Source: Octopus bimaculoides
Taxonomy: Eukaryota
Assembly: GCF_001194135.2 (NCBI RefSeq)
Contig: NC_068991.1
Coordinates: 33,444,398-33,483,138, forward strand
Direction of reading: 5' to 3'
Length of the DNA stretch: 38,741 nucleotides
Shown here: positions 20,695 through 30,779 of the stretch, piece by piece
Position numbering within the stretch: the first letter of the stretch is position 1
How the letters are laid out: each line of letters begins with the position of its first letter
Program-made: the position numbers and the translations under genes
Notes under the pieces: generated by a model
What the model saw: only the letters and a program-made list of their open reading frames with translations
Told to the model about the DNA's origin: nothing
The model's database searches: none

Positions 20695-23600
20695 TCACAG
20701 ATAAGATGAATCAAATGAAGTCCTCTGGCATTTTCTCCCCCCCTGAAGTACATTCAACAATTCAATTCCAGATGCTTCCTGCTTAGTCAGAGGATTGGCT
20801 AATTGTATGTTGCCTGGACACCACTTGACTTCAACAGCCTTGTTCTGTTTCATTTCCTCTATTGCCGCAACACCAATCCTCAGGTGTTTGTCCTCAACAA
20901 GTTTTGTTGACTGTAGAGCTTCGACAATACTTTTGCTGTCAATAAATGCTGTAATTGGTAGACTCTGCTCAGCTATCCCACGAATGTTTTCTAAGACTTT
21001 TCTACAGTGTACTACTGATTCCAATCCTTCCTGTAAGCTTAAGGCTTCAACAGCTATAGTGGATTGAGCTATTCTTTTGATTTTGTTGGATTTCCAGTAG
21101 ATTGAACTGCAGTTTCCAAGACGATCTTTAATCCACAATATGTGTGTTCCTGAACTCCCTTTGCTATTGTTTATATTCCCTAAAGCTGCATTACTGAATA
21201 GGAACATTTCCCAGTCTTCTGTTGGCTTTCCCTGTAGGGATGGGAATGAGTGAACAAGCTTTATAACCTTCAATTTCCCCACTGCTTTAACAGCCCTCAC
21301 TCAGCCAGCAACAGATGCTTCTGACAGTTTTGTACTTAGATCAACTAATTCAAAGGCCATGTCTGGACGTGACCCTTGTACCATCCAGTTCAACTGACCA
21401 ACTAACTTCCTGAACTGGGACTGTTTGCCTGCATTCAGTTGAGATTGTTTTTCAGATGCATGTATAGGATCTAGTTGTGGATGATCCAATTTCTGTACAT
21501 ACACCAAATGGTTGTGTGTTATTACATCTGTTTCTTGCTGTATCTAGAAACTGACGTACCTCAAGTTTCCTTCCTCAACTTTATCCACTAGAAATCGCTC
21601 TCTGAGTCTGCATAACATTTCTTCAAACATCTCATCACCTGTTTGGAGAAAATCATCAACATGACAACATATGATTCCAAGCAGATTTCCACCTTTTGTC
21701 AATGTGAACACTGCAGAATCCAAGTTTAACTTTTTACATCCTAATCTAATAAGTTCATCTTTCAAGCTCAAATAAAATTGGTGGCTACTGAAACCATTCC
21801 ACATTTGTAATGAGATTTTTACCATGTTGGCCCAGGCCACCAGAGTATCAGAATTCACTTGTGAATTGTCCACTGCTAGTTTCTCCAACATCATATCAGT
21901 GATAGCATGGACAAGCTCACACAAACCATTCTGAAATGGACTCATTCCAGCTGTGGTGCAATTACATATATTTAGGATTGAAGTGATCTTGTGCATTTCC
22001 TCACAGTTGAACTCTCCTCCATTATCCATCATCAGTGCTCCCATAATTTCAAATGCACCAATCCAGTTTTTCATCAAAGTATTAATTACATTACTAGGTC
22101 CCTTTCGAGTAAGAAAAACTGAAACTTTGTATCTGGACCACATGTCAATCATATGTAGTATCCACTGATCTTTATACTGCTTGAGATCCATTGCCACTGT
22201 TTCATTAAACTCTCTAACCATTGGTAATGCCACTACTGATCTAGGTGGGGTTTTGGCGAACATTTTAGAAAGTTCACACTTTGTTTCTATTTCCGACAGG
22301 TCTTCATTATAATCCTCATTCCATACTCCAGCATCCTTTAATAAACTTTGAGTCTTTTCTTTGGAGGATAAGAAAACTGTTGGTGGAGCCTTAAAAGTTT
22401 GTCCTACGTTTATCTGGACCAAACTTTTCAATCTTTACATCATTCACTTCTTTTACAGAAAATGTCTCTGTTTTGTCAATCAGAACGGAGTAATGATCTG
22501 ATGAAGTAAGATTTAATGCTATGTTCTTCCCCATAATTACAGCTGTGTCATTTTCCAAGTTCATTTTTACCCCTGCTTTTTTCATTGCCAACCTGGACAA
22601 CAACAAAGGAATGTCAGAGTCCACCACATTTGTTCTGACTGTTACTTCTTTTCCAACAATGCACACAGGAAGATTATATTGGCCCCACCAATATTAATTT
22701 AGTTCCTTGTCCAAACTTGAAAACTCTGCATCCTTCCTGTTTAACGACTCTGTCTCGAATACCTTTACTGAGAGAATCAAGGTAAAACTGTAGCCAGATC
22801 TTTTCACATACGGTGCTAGTACATGCACTGTCTAACACTGCATAATTATGAGTATCAACATCCAGCTGTGTAATATCCTCTTTATGATATCCAGTGAACA
22901 GAACAGCATGCTTCTCCTCTACATCTTCAGCAATATTTTCCCAACTATCAGGACATTTAACAATCAAGTGTCTGTAAGACCCATAGGATCTACAGGTAAG
23001 AACTTTACTATCTGGGAAGAATTGAATCCACTCCCTCTGTTCTGACACCCATCCCTGCCTCTTTTCACATAACTAGTGGCTCACAAACCTTCCTGATGTT
23101 GTGCTAAAGAAACTGGTTCTAGCTTGAAGCTCAGGATGTCACTCTTTGCGTAACCACCTTCTAAAAATGTTTTCAGAGATAATTTGGCTTCCTCATACAG
23201 AATATCATGATTTGCAAAGTTCATTCCTGTCAACACAAGCATCTTTCTTCCTTGGAGATATCTGTTTTCCTTAGCAATTTAAAAGTTAAAATTTCTGGTG
23301 GTGACTTCATATTTTTCTTTTCAATTTTCCTATATTTACAGTCAAAATGGGAAATTAATTTGTTTATTAACTGACCTTTACTTCTTGAAATGTCCTCAAA
23401 TTCCTCAATTTTCTGGACTGTCAACCAAGTCATCTTTGGCCAGATGTTTGTTCAAAAAACTCAATCAAAGTTTTTAAACCAGTTTCCGTCTTCAATTTGT
23501 CAAGAGTTATTTGGTCAAATACTTTTTCTTGAATCCTGTGTTCATCATCTTCTAGTTGAGTAAGGACTAGGCAATACCTCTCTTTGCTTTATCAAGTTCA

Positions 23601-23700
23601 ATTATTTCATTCCAACCCAACAATTCTTGCTTATAAAGTTGTAAGATTTCCCATTGCAGTATGTGGGTGGATTCACTTTTGTTGCCATGCCTCTTTCACT
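20695..23700 (-). pseudogene. Copia gag-pol remnant
   Basis: Zinc knuckle remnant YGSYRHLIVKC. Protease LDSACTSTVC. IN VAMDLK, DNGGEF and SPFQNGLCE. RT CHVDDF. RNase H FSNAALGN...WKSNKIKRIAQSTIAVEALS...QLANPLTK. Confidence 0.9.
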
Positions 23701-23781
23701 TGGTTTTGCTCTGAAATCCTGCTAAAATTATTCACTATAATGTCAACGCACATTCTTCACCAAAAGTCAATCACAGAATGT

Positions 23782-23791
23782 TCTGCTACCA
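23782..23791 (-). promoter_or_regulatory. Copia PBS TGGTAGCAGA (initiator tRNA-Met)
   Basis: One base after the 5' LTR. Complementary to the animal tRNA-iMet 3' end ...UCUGCUACCA. Confidence 0.85.
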
Positions 23792-23792
23792 C

Positions 23793-23939
23793 TGTTAAAC
23801 ACGCTTTAACAACTGTTGTAAGATAAGCTATGCTAACTGTGTTTTTTCTCCTTGTTCGTTCACTCACTCAATGTATATGTCCTTCCTCTGCACAAGCAAG
23901 TTCTACAAAGGAAGGTTATTATATGAGTTATGTCCCTTA
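23793..23939 (-). repeat. Copia 5' LTR, terminal TG missing
   Basis: Aligns with 20458-20598. The last two bases are replaced by Helitron-family sequence. Confidence 0.8.
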
Positions 23940-24252
23940 TTTTCAACCATAACTTTTACCAATTTTGTTCAAACTTGATGCCAGTATTAAAGCACTCATA
24001 GGATCTTTGAATGCTTTAGGTTCTCCAAAAACGGAAAAAAAAAATCAATGAGTGGAATAAATCGATAAACTGATTCTTTATGAGATTGCTCGATCAAGTT
24101 GTCTGCAACTCATTTTCAGCCAAAAGTTTACTAATTTCAACAGATTTTGCCCAAATTTGACATCGATGTTACTTAGTTTGGTTTGAAATAAAGAACTTGA
24201 TTATCTTAATAATCCTAACTTAATCCCGGGCAAAGCCAGGCTATACTGCTAG
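23940..24252 (+). mobile_element. Helitron 3' fragment
   Basis: Ends CCCGGGCAAAGCCAGGCTATACTGCTAG|T (imperfect hairpin, CTAG 24249-52). The first 26 bp match 889-914 in reverse complement. Confidence 0.75.
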
Positions 24253-24635
24253 TTGTTAATATTTTCAGAGGGAAAAGTGAGTGATTTAAGGACAATTGGG
24301 CTGTTGTTTCTAGTATATCCAAAGACAACCCTCCTCATTTCTTTATCATTCTCACATGTATTGATGTTTTTCAATATTTTCCCCCCATAAATACATTTAT
24401 ATGCTATAAAAAAGAAAATTTGAGAAATTATGAACTTTCTGCAACCCCCACTCCCTGCCCCCAATTGTTTCTGTTTAGAAATTAAAATATTGGAGATTCT
24501 GAGAAGTTCATTGCTGGCATGTATCCACGTACTTGCATAGCAAGTGACTTGATCTGGGATCGTGTGCTGAAACAAAAGCAATTACAGTGTAGATGTTTGT
24601 GAGCCATTCAGGAACACACAAACCATTAGTTTCAC

Positions 24636-24804
24636 GGTACTACTTAAATACAGAGATCCCGATGCATCTATGTAATGATATGAAGGGGAGGGTAAGCTTT
24701 TAGGGTTAAGGTTAGGGCTAGTTTTAGGGTTAGGGTGTCATTACATTTCCACACAGTGTACATTTAAAATGTTTTGTGATTAAAACCTGTATTTAAGTAG
24801 TACC
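24636..24804. mobile_element. 169-bp MITE with 18-bp TIRs and 8-bp TSD (Merlin-like)
   Basis: TIR GGTACTACTTAAATACAG 24636-53 / 24787-804. TSD AGTTTCAC at 24628-35 and 24805-12. Internal TTAGGG-like repeats. Confidence 0.88.
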
Positions 24805-25934
24805 AGTTTCACTTCAACATTAAAATTTCATTTGTGTCAAAATATTTTCTTCACTTTGAAACCATGACCTGTTCACTGACAAAATTTCGCAAAAGTAATG
24901 CAGCACAATGTTTTGTCAATGAACAGCAAACAAACACACATGCCTTTCATCCATTGCCTTTCATTTGTGTGTATGTGTATCTATGTGTGTGTGCGAGTGT
25001 ATCACTGCTCGTGCAACTTGCTTGTGTATACATTGGCTTAGTGGTACAGTGTGTTTGGAAACTGAATAAGGTGCAAGTGAGTACTTGTCGGTAACTTTTT
25101 TTCCTCCTTATCTTCTAATAGTAATTACCCAACTTTCTAGGCTCTTCTCACAGCAATCCCACATTCAAAAGTTATACGGGTATTTTAAAAATGTTCATTC
25201 AATAAATAATAGATTACGTATACATTAATAGAATAAACTGTCAGTTTTGCAAATAGCAAATGCAAACGTGAGAGACTTTGCAAATGAGAATGGAATATTC
25301 TGTAGTGAATACAATGAATATTTGAATTTGTGAATTGGATGCAGTGAATGCAATGAATATTTAAATTTGTGAGAAATTGGAATTAAAAAAATTGAAGAAA
25401 CCTGAGTAATTGAAATTATAGGAAATTTTTTAGAACATGAATTTATAAAGAATAAAAAGTTTTGAATGGTACAACAATGCACTATAATACAAACAATGGA
25501 CTAGATACCTGTTGTAATGTAGTCATCCATAGTTTGATGATATTTCGGAATAAAATTCCTTCTTCAGATATTCTTAGATGGAGTCGCTGCTATAATCGGT
25601 ATTGCAACAGCTTTTCTTTTTTTTTTTCTGGAAGCGTCTCAGCAGTGGTCTCATGAAGCTCCTTCTGGAATTCCTCATGAGAAGTGCATGAGGTCGGCCA
25701 TGTCTCAATCTCATGTGTGTTGGTACATCTGTAGCGCTGCTTCTAAGTTATGTATTATACATGCAGCTACCTTTTTTTCTCTTCTCTTTTTGTTTTGTTA
25801 TAAACAATAGATGAACATATCAAAAATGAACCTACACGCATCCAGATGTAGCTAAATGATATATTGATTACCAACTTCCAGCCTGTTGTTAATTTGGGGT
25901 CCTAGTTTGTATATGAGTATAGCTTCCTTAATTC

Positions 25935-26180
25935 CTAAATTACCCAAATTTCTTTCATTGGCCTCAATTGTGACTTATGCTTTTGTCGGTGTTCCAGCAT
26001 TTGTCTAGATGTTTTCTGAAGGAGGAAGCTCTCATGTTCAGATGTTCTTTGATGTGGGCGTGTAACGGTCTTGTTGCATTTGTTACATTGTATTCTATAC
26101 ACAACATTTACCCATTGGCATAAACCTGTGTCACGGATGGGACAGTTTGTTAGTTTGCACACTTGCATAAATACAGGCAT
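25935..26180 (-). pseudogene. Penelope-like element GIY-YIG endonuclease fragment
   Basis: NCPIRDTGLCQWVNVVYRIQCNKCNK...R..EH. Paralogous in pattern to 27091-27492. Confidence 0.7.
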
Positions 26181-26496
26181 TTATACAAAACCATATGAGC
26201 ATGTTCACTCACATACAAGTATATACTTGCATATACCACCCCTTCCTATTTTCCTTCCAACCACATGACCAATTTCCTGTCCGCCACGCAGTTGATTTCC
26301 TGTTCACCATGTGGTATTTTCCAAGTAACTGTTGTCACTGATATACCAACATCAAACTATGACACTGCATGACCTTCTCTGACCAATCTTAGTCCACCTT
26401 ATGGTAATAACAATCAACTTCTCACATTCAAATTAAAAATGGCTGAAGATTAGCGTCATGCTTGAATCAAACTGTTTTGATCCACACACACACATA

Positions 26497-26883
26497 TTCT
26501 TTTATTTGTTTCAGTCATAAGACTGTGGCCATGCTGGGGCACCACCTTTAGTCAAACAAATCGACCCCAGGACTTATTCTTTGTTCGCCTAGTACTTATT
26601 CTATCTGTCTCTTTTGCCAAACTGCTAAGTTACGGGAATGTAGACATACCACATCAGTTGCCAAGTAATGGTGGGGGGACAAATACAGACACACAAACAC
26701 ACACACACACACACATACATATACGATGGGCTTCTTTCAGTTTCCATCTAATAAATCCACTTACAAGGATTTGGCCCAAGGCTATAATAGAAGACACTTG
26801 CTCAAGGTACTACACAGTGGGACTGAACCCAGAACTATGTGGTTGGTAAACAAACTACTTACCACACAGCCACTCCTGCGCCT
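26497..26883 (-). mobile_element. Full-length tRNA-derived SINE (~390 bp)
   Basis: Pol III A box TGGCTGTGTGG (26872-62) and B box GGTTCAGTCC (26829-20), a central (TG)n, and a 3' part shared with 28205-28400. Confidence 0.85.
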
Positions 26884-26975
26884 ATATATATATATATATT
26901 ATATAAAGGATCATGGGTAAGGCCAGAACAATGCGAAGAAAAATCAAATATATGAATTAATGCAGACTTACCTTG

Positions 26976-27015
26976 CATTCAATATTTTGGGGTTATGACC
27001 CCATCTTTAAGAAAT
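26976..27015 (-). ncRNA. Degenerate minimal hammerhead relic in a PLE 3' UTR
   Basis: The minus strand reads TTC-TTAAAGA-T-GGGG-TCATAA-CCCC-AAAA-TATT-GAA, against the consensus CTGANGA...GAAA (three core changes). It lies about 75 nt after the PLE ORF stop. Confidence 0.4.
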
Positions 27016-27090
27016 TAATGAATGTTGCAGATGTGCATGTATGTTAGTGTGTGTAGAGTGGGCATGCGCAGAAAGTTGTTGCTATAGCAA

Positions 27091-27492
27091 CTAGCTAGTT
27101 TCCTGTAACTCTCTTCTGTTGTTGATGGTTGGTTTCTTTTGATGTATGAGGATGGCTTTGGAGATTCTAAGGTTGCCCCTGTTGCACTGTGTTGCCCTGA
27201 TGTGAACTGTGAATTCCTGGGTCTGGCATTTCTGTAGGTGTTTCTTCACGGAGGTGTCTACCTGCATATGTTCCTCTATGCTTATATGCAATTTCCTTGT
27301 GCTTCCTATGTAGGATGCACCACATTTGCCACAGATGATCTTACATACAACATAGGTCCTCTGGCACATTTCAGGGTCATTGATGGGGCAGTTCGATAAT
27401 GTGCACTCCTCGGAGTAGTGAAAGGTGTTTTTCGTGGACAGAGCTTTTCTCAGGGCACAATACATGTATTTAAGCACTACTAATGGTTTCAT
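27091..27492 (-). pseudogene. Penelope-like element C-terminal GIY-YIG endonuclease
   Basis: CQRTYVVCKIICGKCGASYIGSTR..L...IEEH...SVKKHL...AILIHQKKPTINNRREL*. Confidence 0.88.
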
Positions 27493-27974
27493 GTGTTGAG
27501 AAATACTCCAGGTACAAACCAGATATCATAACGAACAAAAAAATAGAATAATAGATGTGTGAAAAAAATTGAGGAAACAGAAAACGCAGAAAGTGAAAAA
27601 TGGAAAACAAAAATGCAAAAACTAAAATGTAAAAAGGTAAAAGAGCTATCCTCCTTAGACCTTAAATGATAAGGCTGGAAAGATATGAAGTTAGTCAGGA
27701 ATAGGCAGAATTTTCCAGTTCTTCAAAATATATGTATACATATGCATGCAACCACTGAAAATTTCTGACCTAGAGTTCAATAGAGTTAGGTATCTTATAT
27801 CTGAACAGGATCTAATCTCTTTCAGCTAAACAAAGCCTACATTTATTCGATCCATTCACATAAGGTATGGATTTCTCAATTATTTTCCATTTAATCATAT
27901 GTAGTGATTCATTACCTTTCAAAGTCCGTACATAGCTAGCCAACTCAGTAGCTTTACTTTTTGTCCCTATGTCG

Positions 27975-28200
27975 GAAGGTGGCTATATGTGATTGGTGTA
28001 GAGGTTTCCCGAATGTATGCCGTGTTTCTGTCCTCACACACTCCTTCTAAGCACTTTATGCTGTAGACTACATTTCTAGTTTTACAGTTAATACCAGGGT
28101 TAATGTTACATACTATGCAGTTCTCATTAGTGCATATGGTATTTTTGAAGGGATATGTCCTACATAACTGTGATCTGATGAAGCTTCCTGATTTCTTAAT
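27975..28200 (-). pseudogene. PLE endonuclease-region fragment (same family as 33525-33830)
   Basis: About 170 bp of nucleotide identity with 33660-33825 (GCTGTAGACTACATTTCTAGTTTTACAGTTAATA...). Confidence 0.7.
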
Positions 28201-28204
28201 ACTC

Positions 28205-28400
28205 TTTTGCTCTTTTACTTGTTTCAGTCATTTGACTGCGACCACGCTGGAGCATCACCTTTAGGTGAGCAAATTGACCCCAGGACTTATTCTTTGTAAG
28301 CCTAATACTTATTCTATCGGTCTCTTTTGCTGAACCGCTAAGTTATCGAGACGCAAACACACCACCCTCGGTTGTCAAGCGATGTTGGGGAGACAAACAC
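28205..28400 (-). mobile_element. SINE 3' half
   Basis: Homologous to 26497-26670. Confidence 0.8.
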
Positions 28401-28437
28401 AGACACACAAGCATATACACACATACATATATATATA

Positions 28438-30517
28438 TAATAATTACAGAGGTATCAAGTTGTTAGATCAGGTAATGAAAGTCATGGAGAGGGTCATAGC
28501 CCAACTAATTAGGGAGCGAGTCAGTTTAGATGAGATGCAGTTTGGGTACGTGCCAGGGAAAAGCACCACTGATGCTATATTTCTGGTAAGACAGCTTCAG
28601 GAGAAATACCTAGCCAAGGATAAACCTCTGTACCTAGCTTTTGTTGACATGGAGAAAGCCTTTGACAGGGTCCCCCGATCCCTCATCTGGTGGTCAATGA
28701 GGAAACTAGGAATAGAAGAANNNNNNNNNNNNNNNNNNNNNNNNNNNNNNNNNNNNNNNNNNNNNNNNNNNNNNNNNNNNNNNNNNNNNNNNNNNNNNNN
28801 NNNNNNNNNNNNNNNNNNNNNNNNNNNNNNNNNNNNNNNNNNNNNNNNNNNNNNNNNNNNNNNNNNNNNNNNNNNNNNNNNNNNNNNNNNNNNNNNNNNN
28901 NNNNNNNNNNNNNNNNNNNNNNNNNNNNNNNNNNNNNNNNNNNNNNNNNNNNNNNNNNNNNNNNNNNNNNNNNNNNNNNNNNNAGGGGTCCACCAAGATT
29001 CTGTCCTCAGCCCCCTCCTATTTATCATAGTCCTCCAGGCAATAACACAGGAATTCAAGACAGGATACCCCTGGGAGCTCCTCTATGCTGATGACCTTGC
29101 TCTAATTGCTGAGTCACTATCAGAAGTAGAGGAAAAGTTTCAGGTGTGGAAGCAAGGATTAGAATCGAAGGGACTTAGAGTTAACCTTGCTAAAACCAAA
29201 GTCCTGATAAGTAGGAAGGTAGACAAACTACAAATCCCTTCAGGTAGATGGCCCTGCTCGATCTGTAGAAAAGGCGTAGGTAGAAACTCTATAAGATGTA
29301 CCCGGTGCAAGCTATGGACACATAAGAGGTGCAGCAATATCAAAGGCAGGTTAATTAGGAAGTTAGTTTTTGTATGTGGCAGATGTTCAGGAGCAATGAA
29401 CATTGAAAATGTGCAGAAAACAACTTCTGTCACATTCCAGGGAGAAAAACTGGACGTAGTTGATAGCTTCCGATATCTAGGTGACTGAGTTAGTAGTGGG
29501 GGTGGGTGCGCTGAAAGTACAGCTACTAGAATAACAATAGCCTGGGCAAAGTTCAGAGAGCTCTTACCTCTGCTGGCGACAAAGGGCCTCTCTCTCAGAC
29601 TAAAAGGCAGACTGTATGATGCATGTGTACGAACAGCCATGCTACATGGCAGTGAAACATGGGCTGTGACTGCTGAGGACATGCGTAAGCTCGCAAGGAA
29701 TGAAGCATGTATGCTCCAATGGATGAGTAATGTCAGTGTGCATACCCAAAAGAGTGTAAGTATCTTGAATGAAAAGTTGAACCTAAGAAGCATCAGTTGT
29801 GGTGTGCAACAGAGAATGGATGAGGATAGCTGTGAGAAAAAGTGCCACACCCTAACAGTTGGGGGAACCTGTGGAAGAGGCAGGCTTAGGAAGACCTGGG
29901 GTGATGTGGTGAAGCATGACCTCCAAACATTAGGCCTCACCGAGGCCATGACTTCTAACCGAGACCTTTGGAAATATGCTGTGCGTGAGAAGACCCGGCA
30001 AGCCAAGTGAGACCAAAGTCCAAGGTCTCTGCCAGGGATGTAGCCAGCCCACTTATGCACACCTTTCCTCCATTGGACACTAAACTCTGCTTGTGAAGAC
30101 CTGTTGGGGCAAGCGAAAGTGAAATCGTGATGGCACCACTGTTCAAGCGTGATCGTTACCAGCATCACTTTCCTGGCACTCATGCGTACCTGGCACTTGT
30201 GCTGGTGACACGTGAAAAGTCATTCGAGTGAGATCGTTGCCAGTGCTGCTGGACTGGCTCCTGTGCAGGTGGCATGTAAAATACACCATTTTGAGCGTGG
30301 CTGTTGCCAGTACCGCCTGACTGGCCTCCATGCCGGTGGCACATAAACGCACCCACTACACTCTTGGTGTGGTTGGCGTTAGGAAGAGCATCCAGCTGTA
30401 GAAACTCTGCCAAATCAGATTGGAGCCTGGTGTAGCCATATGGTTCACCAGTCCTCATTGAAATCATCCAACCCATGCTAGCATGGAAAGCGGGTGTTAA
30501 ACGATGATGATGATGAT
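28438..30517 (+). mobile_element. 5'-truncated RTE LINE (RT, PHD-like finger, ORF2 end, ~500-bp 3' UTR, (GAT)n tail)
   Basis: NYRGIKLL, FVDMEKAFDRVPR, GVHQDSVLSPLLF, LYADDL and LHGSETW. Stop at about 30010. Tail at 30503-17. Confidence 0.93.
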
Positions 30518-30680
30518 ATGACGGGCTTCTTTCAGTTTCCATCTACCAAATCCACTCACAAGGCTTTGGTTGGCCCTAGGCTACAGTAGAAGGCACTTGC
30601 CCAAGGTGCCACGCAGTGGGAATGAACCCAGAACCATGTGGTTGGTAAGCAAGCTACTTACCACACAGCCATCCTGTGCC
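30518..30680 (-). mobile_element. SINE 5' (tRNA-like) half
   Basis: Homologous to 26722-26883, with A and B boxes. Confidence 0.8.
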
Positions 30681-30779
30681 TATAATGTTGAGTTCGGTGT
30701 ATTTCAGAGCCTTCCTAAATCTATGGGCTAATTCCCTATGAGGTGTAGCTTCTACAAACATCACTCCTTGATATTTATC

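Larger units (their letters stand above)
20458..23939 (-). mobile_element. Ty1/Copia LTR retrotransposon, GalEa-like, internally deleted
   Basis: Two LTRs, a Met-tRNA PBS, and gag-PR-IN-RT-RH in Copia order. Confidence 0.92.

Noticed and set aside
25200-25620. AT-rich stretch with CQFCK...ET and a duplicated ~28-bp segment, possibly an L1-like C-terminus
   Set aside because: Many stops and only a weak motif, which is not enough for a call.
25640-25700. CTCATGA hairpin downstream of a PLE fragment as a hammerhead relic
   Set aside because: Too many core mismatches, and stems I and III are not recoverable.
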